From contig JAIRWN010000030.1 of the NCBI GenBank assembly GCA_031268985.1, forward strand, positions 20,485 through 84,484: 64,000 nucleotides of DNA. The letters are read 5' to 3'. A program made the translations under genes and the position numbers. Origin of the DNA: Holosporales bacterium (GTDB taxonomy: Bacteria > Pseudomonadota > Alphaproteobacteria > UBA3830 > JAIRWN01). Position 1 is the first letter of the stretch, and every line of letters starts with the position of its first letter. A model generated the notes under the pieces. It was not told the DNA's origin, ran no database searches, and was given only the letters and a program-made list of their open reading frames with translations. Positions 30,566 through 39,482 of the stretch are shown here, piece after piece.

Positions 30566-30972
30566 TATTTGGTCTTGGTAATGACATAGTTGATATCAGA
30601 CGTATGGAACAGCTTTACTTGCGGTATGGAGAGCGGCTTCGAAGGCTTATTTTTACAGATAACGAATGGGCAATATCTAAATCTAAGAAAGACAAAGTCT
30701 GTTTCTTTGCTAAACGTTTTGCTGCCAAAGAAGCTTTAGTTAAAGCCTTGGGCACCGGATTCGGACAGACGGAAGGTATCGTTTGGAGAGATATAGATGT
30801 GAGCAATAATGAGTCTGGCAAACCTGGCGTCTTGTTACGTGGTAAGGCGTTCAAATATATGGGCAGGATTCTGACGGAATACGGAGGTTGCGAGCACTTT
30901 ATTCATCTCAGCTTGAGTGACGAATTTCCTTATGCTATTGCTAGCGTGATAATCGAGTTGGTAAGGAAATAA
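30562..30972 (+). CDS. acpS: Holo-[acyl-carrier-protein] synthase
   Basis: GLGNDIVDIRR and FAAKEALVKALGTG. ATGA overlap with spoT. Confidence 0.9.
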   Translation: MIFGLGNDIVDIRRMEQLYLRYGERLRRLIFTDNEWAISKSKKDKVCFFAKRFAAKEALVKALGTGFGQTEGIVWRDIDVSNNESGKPGVLLRGKAFKYMGRILTEYGGCEHFIHLSLSDEFPYAIASVIIELVRK

Positions 30973-30979
30973 GGAAATA

Positions 30980-31732
30980 ATGAAAAATAAAACTAACTGG
31001 CCAAAAGAGATAAAATCAATTGTTGGTATTTTGCTTTTGGTGTTGGTTTTTCGCACGTTGATTTACGAACCGTATCAAATACCTTCAAGTTCTATGGTTC
31101 CGTCCTTGTTGGTTGGAGATATGCCGGTTGTAGAAAAATGGGCCTATGGATACAGCAAGCATTCTATTTTATTCAGCCTGCCTTTGTTTGAGGGCAGAGC
31201 GCTTAAAAAATCTCCAAAAAGAGGCGAAGTCGTTGTTTTTAAGCTGCCCTCAGATCCGTCTACGAACTATATAAAGCGCATTATCGGATTACCAGGTGAC
31301 AGAATTCAGGTTAAGGAAGGCATAGTTCATGTGAATGACGTTCCTGCACAACTTACTTATCAAGGGGAATACATGTTTGAAGATGAGACCATTAACGGAA
31401 GAAAGCGCAGAACTTACATGTATACCGAAATATTGCCTGGGGCAGAGGACAAACCTCATACAATCATAAAGTACGACATTAACAACGTCCTCGATATTAA
31501 TAACACTCCCGTATATACAGTTCCCGAGAATCATTATTTTGTGATGGGAGATAATAGAGACTTTTCAAAAGACAGCCGTTTCCTTGGCTCTGTTGGATAT
31601 ATTCATGAGATTTTTTTGGTAGGACGCGCAGTTTGTGTCCTGCATTCAATAGCTAACAATGTCAGGTTATGGGAATTTTGGCTCTGGCTGCAAAACATTC
31701 GCTACAGCAGAATTTTTAAAAGAATTATATAG
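30980..31732 (+). CDS. lepB: Signal peptidase I
   Basis: IPSSSMVPSLLVGD (Ser box), YIKRIIGLPGD (Lys box), and GDNRDFSKDSR. Confidence 0.9.
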   Translation: MKNKTNWPKEIKSIVGILLLVLVFRTLIYEPYQIPSSSMVPSLLVGDMPVVEKWAYGYSKHSILFSLPLFEGRALKKSPKRGEVVVFKLPSDPSTNYIKRIIGLPGDRIQVKEGIVHVNDVPAQLTYQGEYMFEDETINGRKRRTYMYTEILPGAEDKPHTIIKYDINNVLDINNTPVYTVPENHYFVMGDNRDFSKDSRFLGSVGYIHEIFLVGRAVCVLHSIANNVRLWEFWLWLQNIRYSRIFKRII

Positions 31733-31743
31733 CGAGGTAAGCC

Positions 31744-32331
31744 GTGGCCGTGCTTGGAAAATGCTCAATATTGAAAAGTATGGACAGGGGGGATATAGTG
31801 ATTACCCCCTTCAACCCCAACAATCTTGGCCTAATGCAATATGATGTAACTCTTGGCGACATAATATATCGGGTCAAGCATGTCGGCGCATTGAAGCAGT
31901 GTTTCAAAAACTTGCTAAACAGGAATGGTTTTTGTATCGACCTTGGCAAAGATGAAAGCAAGATCAGGTTTAAAAGAATTGAAGCGAACAGTTCAGGGTT
32001 TATCATCCAATCCGGAGAAACCGTGCTAGGTTGCACTAACGAACTGATTGGAAGCAATTGCGCAAACATCGTTCCGGTGCTTGAAACCAGGTCAACTTTA
32101 GCAAGAAATTTTGTTTTTTCACACGTTTCTGCAGGAGTGGGCGATCCGGGATTTAAGGGAAGCTGGACGCTAGAGTTAGTTAACTGCTTCCCCTATCCAA
32201 TAAGGCTTGTTCCAGGTCAACGCGTATCTCAAGTTTTATTTCATTTTATTGAAGAGCCTGACTACGACGCTCCACTTTACAACCGAATATACAACAATCA
32301 AAAAGAACCTCATGTGCCGAAGCTAATTTAA
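31744..32331 (+). CDS. dcd: dCTP deaminase
   Basis: ITPFNPNNLG..., SGVGDPGFKGSWTLELVN, and RVSQVLF. The start codon (GTG at 31744 or 31750) is uncertain. Confidence 0.85.
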   Translation: MAVLGKCSILKSMDRGDIVITPFNPNNLGLMQYDVTLGDIIYRVKHVGALKQCFKNLLNRNGFCIDLGKDESKIRFKRIEANSSGFIIQSGETVLGCTNELIGSNCANIVPVLETRSTLARNFVFSHVSAGVGDPGFKGSWTLELVNCFPYPIRLVPGQRVSQVLFHFIEEPDYDAPLYNRIYNNQKEPHVPKLI

Positions 32332-32345
32332 GCAGGTTAATAACT

Positions 32346-33437
32346 GTGGAAACGCAAATCGGTGGAATTTCTAAACTCGCTCTTACAAATTTTCGTTGCT
32401 ATCAGTCGCTGAGACTGAGCGATCTGTCCCAAAATATAATTGTATATGGACAAAACGGCGCTGGAAAAACCAGTATACTGGAAGCAATATCCATGTTGTC
32501 TGCAAGTAAAGGGCTTCGTGGCGCAGATTATAGCGAAGTAAAATGCCTCGATACTTTGTCGGATCAGTGGGGCGTGGCTGCATTGCTTGATATGCGTAAC
32601 GATCAAGTATCAATTGGGGTTGGAAATTTGCCGGGGACCGCTCTTGACCAAAAAGCTGCGAAAATAAATGGTAATTCAGCCAACATAGGAGATATAGAAA
32701 GGTATCTCTGGCTTCTTTGGCTGACGCCGCAAATCGATAAAATCTTTGTTGAACCGCTGAGCATAAAAAGGAAATTTTTCGACCATCTCGTGAATGGCTT
32801 AGAACCGGAATACCGAACCAAACGTTTAATGTACAAAAAATTGATAAACGAAAGAATGAAGGCTCTTCAAAGCAGTATTTGCGATAAAACGTGGTTAGAT
32901 GCCATTGAGTATAAAATCGCAGAAGCGTCCTTCAAGGTTACAGCGTCACGTTCCAGCTATTGCAAGGCGTTCAACGAAACTTCAGTTGAGCGCCATTTTC
33001 CAAAAATAACCTTGTTTGTTGAAGAGGACATTCCGACTGAGAATTATCAGGAAGTTTTGCTTAAAAAGCTCAAGGAAAGTCGGAATAAGGATCGGATTAC
33101 GGGAATTACTAGCGTCGGCTCGCACCGCAACAATTGGAGCGTAAATTTTAAAAATAAACCTTTAAGAGCTGAGAGTTGCTCAACCGGCGAGCAGAAAATA
33201 ATGCTTATTTCCGTCATTCTGACAACTTCTAGAATTTATATCGATCGCCGTATCGGCGTGCCAATTTTGCTTTTTGATGATACGACGGCGCACTTTGATA
33301 GCGAAAATTTTCAACTTTTTTTTGAAGAAATATCGAGCATGGGCATTCAGACATGGTCCACCAGCGTCAATAAGCCTTCCGCGCTGACCGGATTTCAATC
33401 AATCTTTGTCAGATCGGGCGTATGCATACAGGAATAA
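32346..33437 (+). CDS. recF: DNA replication and repair protein RecF
   Basis: LALTNFRCY, YGQNGAGKTSILEAIS, STGEQK (signature), and PILLFDD (Walker B). GTG start. Confidence 0.9.
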   Translation: METQIGGISKLALTNFRCYQSLRLSDLSQNIIVYGQNGAGKTSILEAISMLSASKGLRGADYSEVKCLDTLSDQWGVAALLDMRNDQVSIGVGNLPGTALDQKAAKINGNSANIGDIERYLWLLWLTPQIDKIFVEPLSIKRKFFDHLVNGLEPEYRTKRLMYKKLINERMKALQSSICDKTWLDAIEYKIAEASFKVTASRSSYCKAFNETSVERHFPKITLFVEEDIPTENYQEVLLKKLKESRNKDRITGITSVGSHRNNWSVNFKNKPLRAESCSTGEQKIMLISVILTTSRIYIDRRIGVPILLFDDTTAHFDSENFQLFFEEISSMGIQTWSTSVNKPSALTGFQSIFVRSGVCIQE

Positions 33438-33458
33438 GAAAGCTGTTTTTGAGAAAAC

Positions 33459-34952
33459 TTATCGTCTGAGCTTTCTTTGAAGCGACCAGATGTATTCATC
33501 GTAGGTGCCCGGATATATAATTGCGGCGCCATTAGGCTGGATCTCAATGGTTTTTTGGCTGATTTTTCTGACGAAAGCACGGTCGTGGCTAACTACTATT
33601 ATGGCCCCGGCATAAGCCTGAAGCGCTTGCGCTAACGCTTCTGTGGTTTGAAAGTCCAAGTGACTGGTTGGCTCGTCAAGAAGAAGCAAATTGACCTTTT
33701 TCAGTAAAACGCAACCCAGGGCCACGCGCGATTTTTCTCCGCCTGAAAGAATTTTAATTTTTTTGTTCATGTCGTCTTTTGTAAACAAAAGAGCCCCGGC
33801 AAGGGTCTTGGCCTCTTGTTCTGTTATCGCGATATCCTTTGCATGAATCAGTTCCTCAAGCACCGTTCGCTCAGGTTTAAGCTGTTCTGATACATGTTGA
33901 GCATAATAGGCTAGGCGGATTTCATATCCTGGATCCAGCGTTCCTTTGAGGATCGGAATAGCCCCAGCCAAACTTTTAAGTAGCGTAGTTTTTCCGAGAC
34001 CATTTGCTCCTGTAATGACGATATGATCGCCTCGCTGTACGGTAAAGCTGATATTCCTAAGTACTCTATAACTACCGTAGCCGAGATCTGCGTCTTTAAT
34101 GATTAGCGCTATTTTTCCGCAGTATGCCGGTGGCGGTATTTTTATCTTAGCGGAAACGGGGATTGGCTTAGTTTCCACTGTTTCCATTTTTCCAAGCTGC
34201 TTGAGGCGCGCTTGAGCTTGCTTGGCCTTTGTGGCTTTAGCGCCAAACCGGGCAATAAAGCGCAGAGTTTCCTCGCGACGCTCTTTCAAGCTGGCGGCAC
34301 GAGCCGCGAGTTGTTCCTGAAGCATCTGCTTTTGTTCAAAATAGTCGTCCAAGTTCCCGTTAAATTTGACCGCTTCACCACTTTCAATTTCCAGTATATG
34401 GTCGGTTGTTCGGCGAAGAAACTCTTGATCATGAGAAATCATCATGAATGCGCCTAAGAAGCCTTGCAAAAAGCGTTCCAACACAAGAATAGTGTCAAGG
34501 TCAAGATAGTTGCTGGGTTCGTCCAGCAGCAACAGATCCGCTCTTTGCAGAGATAACCCCAGCAATTTACACCGCATTTTATAGCCGCCGCTCAACGTAC
34601 ATATGTTTTTTTGAAGTCGACGCTCATCAATATCAAATTCTGCACATTTGGCTCGCACTTCCCAAGACATAACGTTTGAAACGCGCATGATGTAATCCTC
34701 CGCAGTTTCTTCTGAGATAAAGTCATCATGCTGCGACAAATAAGCAACATGCAAATTATTTGACTTAGTTACTGTTCCGTCATCCGCTTCTTGTTTGCCC
34801 ATGATTATGTCGAAAAGAGTAGTCTTCCCCGCACCGTTACGGCCGATCACGCCTACGTGTTCATCGTTATTAATTATGAAACTTACATCCTGAAACAAAT
34901 GCCTTGCTCCAAAACTTTTGCTGATACTTTTAAGTTGAAGAAGAGTCGACAT
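33459..34952 (-). CDS. ABC-F family ATPase
   Basis: Two NBDs: GRNGAGKTTLF / LSGGYKMR / LLLDEPSNYLD and GANGLGKTTLL / LSGGEKSR / LLLDEPTSHLD. Confidence 0.85.
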   Translation of the reverse strand: MSTLLQLKSISKSFGARHLFQDVSFIINNDEHVGVIGRNGAGKTTLFDIIMGKQEADDGTVTKSNNLHVAYLSQHDDFISEETAEDYIMRVSNVMSWEVRAKCAEFDIDERRLQKNICTLSGGYKMRCKLLGLSLQRADLLLLDEPSNYLDLDTILVLERFLQGFLGAFMMISHDQEFLRRTTDHILEIESGEAVKFNGNLDDYFEQKQMLQEQLAARAASLKERREETLRFIARFGAKATKAKQAQARLKQLGKMETVETKPIPVSAKIKIPPPAYCGKIALIIKDADLGYGSYRVLRNISFTVQRGDHIVITGANGLGKTTLLKSLAGAIPILKGTLDPGYEIRLAYYAQHVSEQLKPERTVLEELIHAKDIAITEQEAKTLAGALLFTKDDMNKKIKILSGGEKSRVALGCVLLKKVNLLLLDEPTSHLDFQTTEALAQALQAYAGAIIVVSHDRAFVRKISQKTIEIQPNGAAIIYPGTYDEYIWSLQRKLRR

Positions 34953-35133
34953 TTGTCAATTGATGTTACTAATAAATAAGCAATTTTAACAAAAATTTTG
35001 ATATTGAAGAAGTTTTACATCTAAAGCGAACCTCAGAATCAACAATCCGTCCCCCTCTCGCTTCTTTAAATTGTAAATTTAAAAACCCTTAGATATATAA
35101 TATATTACAAGTGAGTAAAAAAATAAATTTGAA

Positions 35134-38100
35134 ATGGATAAAAAGACACTAGCAGAAAAATCAACAAAATTGGTTGAATATTTATTAAAAATTGCCAGGG
35201 CTAGCTTTACTCCAGTTATAAATGTCGAAAAATATGAAAAAGTCTTTTGGTTTAGTCAAATGCCTTCCGTTTCTCATTGTTTTTCCAGGGATTGGTTCGA
35301 TAGAACAGAAGAGAAAGCGAAAGGGTTAATACAGATTAAGAAAGTTCCAGAACCTCAAGAGCCGAAAGAGCCAGAAGAGTCAAAAAAGGCGAATCTTACG
35401 GATTGTCCTAAAGTTAAGCAAGCGCGGAATAACTTTAATAAAAAATGGGATAATTGGGCGCTTCAATACGATGCGTGGGAAAAAGTACAAAAGGTTTATA
35501 GTGATTTATATTCGATTTACCAGAAACAGCAGAAAGATAGAGAAGCGTATGAGCTGATTCTTGGGATTGGGCTTCTGCAATATAAAATCAAAGACGGCGT
35601 TTATTTTAAGAGACATCTGCTCGTTGCAAATGTAGATCTCAACCTTGATGCTAAAAATATGAAATTTACAGTAGAGCCTGATTCTGCTGGAATGAATTTA
35701 AGGGCAGAGACGGATATGTTTTCCGGTAGAGACTTGCCGGAGCTGCCTTTAAAAACGGAAAACGACGTAAGTGAGCTATTATTACAAGATGTTGATGATC
35801 CGCTGGAGATAAATAACTTAGAGGCAATATTAAAAACGATTTTTAATTCTGTTTTTTCAAACGGCGAATACTTTAGGCAATTGAAACCGTCCCAAAATTT
35901 CAAAAAACCAACGCTTACGTTTGCGCCGGCAATTATTTTAAGAAAATATTCGGCTCAGGGAAGAATAAACGCGTTGAAATGCATAAAAAACAGACAGGAA
36001 ATGCAAGCGGGAAATAACGTAAAACTTTTAGACGTTTTTCTCAACCTTATAGAAACGCAGGATACGCGCGAATATAGCGAGCAAGAGAACGTTTCATTCT
36101 CCAATGAGGAGGTGTTTTTCCCTAAACCATACAATGATGAGCAAATGTCGATAGTTCAAAAAATGAATTCGTCCAATGGAGCGTTAGTGCAAGGTCCTCC
36201 AGGGACGGGAAAATCGCACACTATAGCAAATTTGATATGTCATTTGTTGGCAAAGGGACAAAGAATACTGGTCACCGCAAAAACTTCCAGAGCCTTATCC
36301 GTTCTTAGAGGGGCTAATACCGGAAAGTATAAGGTCGCTTACTGTTAGCTTGTTGGGACAAAAAATTGATGAAAAAAAGCTTTTAGAAGAAGCGGTTAAC
36401 AAGATTTCAGATAAATCTAATGGTTGGAATGAAAACAAACAAATTTTAGTAGCAAAAAAACAATGTGAATGTCAGGAAAAATTGGACAATTTAAGGAGGG
36501 AACAAGCAAGTAAGAACCGTCAACTTAGAGACATAATCGAATCGGAGACGTATTCTCAGTCAGTTGCTTGTGGAAAATACAAAGGCACAGCGACTGAGAT
36601 TGCTTTAAGTGTAAAAGAAAAGCAAGGAAAATACGGGTGGTTTAAAGACGCGCCCCCCCTCATTCTTTAGATCAAAAATTTTCTCTGTCGACCGATGAAC
36701 TGACCGCAATTCTTGAGGGCATGAGGAAGTTTGGAGTTGACTCAAAGAAAGAGTTAGGCTGTAACTTCGCAGACGTAATGTCATCAATAGACTTTGCCGA
36801 TCTGGTCAATGAGCTGAACAAGATAAGGGCGGTTGGATTGGATGATAAATCCGGGACGGCGTTATATCTTGAGTTGTCCAAACTATCTTCCGATGACATA
36901 AAAACAATTGCAGAAAAAACTAGACCTTTTATTAAATACGAAAAACTTTTCAGTTGTTCGGAAAATAATGATTGGGCGGTATTGGAATTTAATAAAATAA
37001 AAAACGCGAAGTTTACGTTGCATGTTATCGCTAAAAAAATAGATGAGATACTGTCAAGCATAAGAGATGTTGCTGAAATAATTGATGACTATGAAATCGA
37101 ATATAATTGTTCGATTAAGCAAATTTACATTGATGCAAAAGATCTCAAAGGTTTTGTCGAAAAAGGCAAAAGCGTAAGTAAATTCAACTTGTTTATGCCG
37201 AAGCGCATAAAAGATTGTTTACATCTTTTTGAAAGCGTAAAAATAAACGGAAAGGCATGTTCCGGATCAGATTTAGACATTCTGATTAAAGTTTCATATT
37301 TTCATATGAGAACAGAAGAAGCATGGCGCCTGTTAAATCAATCGTGTCAAATCGCCAAATTAGAGAAACTCTCATATTTTTTACAGGCGGCTCAGATAGC
37401 TACGATCAATGAAACGATAAAAGAGCTGGTAGATGCCAAAAAGATATTTGAAGAGTACGGGAGGTTTGCTAAGTCGATCCAGGCCAGTTTTATGCTGGAT
37501 CATCCCGTGGCCGAGGTGGAATCAACGTGCAATTACATAATCGTTGAGAGGCAGACAAAAGAAATTCTGCAAAAAAATTCCGAACTGGAAGAACAATTAA
37601 CAACTTTTATTCAAAAAGAGAACGTTCATTTTATTATGGTCGAGCTGCTCAATGCTGTAAAAAGTCATGATATCAATAAATATGAATGCTCTAAATTAAA
37701 ATTGGATTCTTTACTGAAAGAACGCGATGAATTTTGCCAATTGAAACAGCGCATTATTGAAGTTGAAAAAATTATACCAATAACTATCAGAGAGATGGAG
37801 AGTTCTTGCGACGATCTTGCTTGGAAGGGCAGGATAGAGCAGATTGAGAATGCATGGTATTGGTCTCAAGCAAACAGTTGGATCATAAACTATATTAACA
37901 AAGATAATATCCCTGCCATTAAAGCGTCTTTAAAACAGATTGACGTCGAGATCAATAACGTTACTGCAAAATTGTCCGCTTTGAAAACTTGGGAATTTTG
38001 TTTGAATCGCTTAACCGCCGATCAAAAAAGACATATGTCATTATGGTGTCAAGCAGTGCGAAAGTTGGGGAAAGGAACAGGAAAATATGTGAATAGGCGC

Positions 38101-39403
38101 AGAAAAGAAGCGCGAGAGCATCTTAACAAATGTGTAGAAGCTATCCCAGCTTGGATTATGCCGTTGCATGATGTTTGGGATAATGTTGAAAGTAATCCTG
38201 GCGTTTTCGACGTAGTTATTGTTGATGAAGCGTCACAGTGCGGACTGGAAGCTCTGCCTTTGTTTTATTATGCAAAGAAAATGCTTATTGTAGGAGATGA
38301 CAAACAAATCAGTCCTGAAAATGTTGGTCTTGAGCTCGATACTATATATCGTTGGCAAGACGAATATTTACAGGATCTTGGGGAATATAAAGACTTGCTT
38401 AGCATTGATAGAAGTTTGTTTGATATAGGGCGCGTCATATACAGCAGTAAAGTGGTTCTGCGTGAACATTTCAGATGTATGCCGGAAATAATCAAATTCA
38501 GTAACGACTTGTGCTATTCGGATACTCCCTTAATTCCCATGAAGCAATATGGCATGGAAAGGCTTTCTCCACTTGAAAATGTGTTTTTAAGCGATGGCTA
38601 TAAGGAAGGCGATGTTAATAAAGTAGAGGCGGAGGCCATTGTAAATAAGGTTGCCGAAATATGTAAAGATAATAAATACGCGGATAAAAGCATTGGGATT
38701 ATTGCTTTGCAAGGAAGTAGACAGGTTGATCTAATAGAAGCAAATTTGATTGAACGTCTCGAAGCTCGGGAAATAGAAAAACACAAAATTCTATGCGGAA
38801 CCCCTGCGAGTTTTCAGGGAGACGAAAGAGACATTTTTTTCTGTTCTCGCAACAGAATCGTGGCGTCAACGTTTTAATGTCGTTATGAGCAGAGCAAAAG
38901 AACAGGTTATACTTTTTCATTCTGTTAAAGCCGGAGATTTGAGTTCCGGTTGTTTAAGAAAACGATTAATTGATTTTTTTGAAGATAAAAACAGTAACTC
39001 TGTCGCCGGTATGTCGCTTGAAGAGATTGAGAAAGCTGCTCGCACTCCTCATCGTGGCGTTATAAAACCTCCTCAGCCATTCGAAAGTTGGTTTGAAGTG
39101 GATGTTGCGCTTGAAATTATGCGAAAAGGGTATCGTATCACTCCTCAGTATGAAATAGCCCAAAAAAGAATAGATCTGGTAGTGGAAGGAGAGGGTTCAA
39201 AGCTGGCAATTGAATGCGACGGCGATTATTGGCATGGGGCTGATAAATACGAAGAGGACATGCAAAGGCAGAGACAATTGGAACGGTGCGGTTGGGAATT
39301 TTTCAGAGTAGCCTCGTCGGCATTTTACTTCGATAAAGAAAAATCATTAAAAAAATTATGGCCTTTGCTGGAAGAAAGAGGTATTCGCCAGATTTCAGCA
39401 TAA
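35134..39403 (+). pseudogene. Frameshifted DUF4011/Upf1-like SF1 helicase fused to a C-terminal DUF559 (Vsr/MTES_1575-like) endonuclease; about 1420 codons if repaired
   Basis: Four consecutive ORFs in alternating frames. Walker A is GPPGTGKSHT (ORF1). DEASQ, REHFRC and FQGDERD are in ORF3. NVVMSRAKEQV plus RIDLVVE...AIECDGDYWHG...GWEFFRV are in ORF4. The joins read through as ALSVL|EGLIPESIRSLTVSLLG (~36307), DAPP|HSLDQKF (C7 at 36653-36659) and ERDIF|SVLATESWRQRFNV (T7 at 38834-38840). Confidence 0.75.
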
Positions 39404-39482
39404 ACAGGACGAGTCAGGAAATCAATCAAGAAAGTCTTCAATGATGCTGGTTGGCTCTGTCTTAACGTTTAGCAATAATGGT

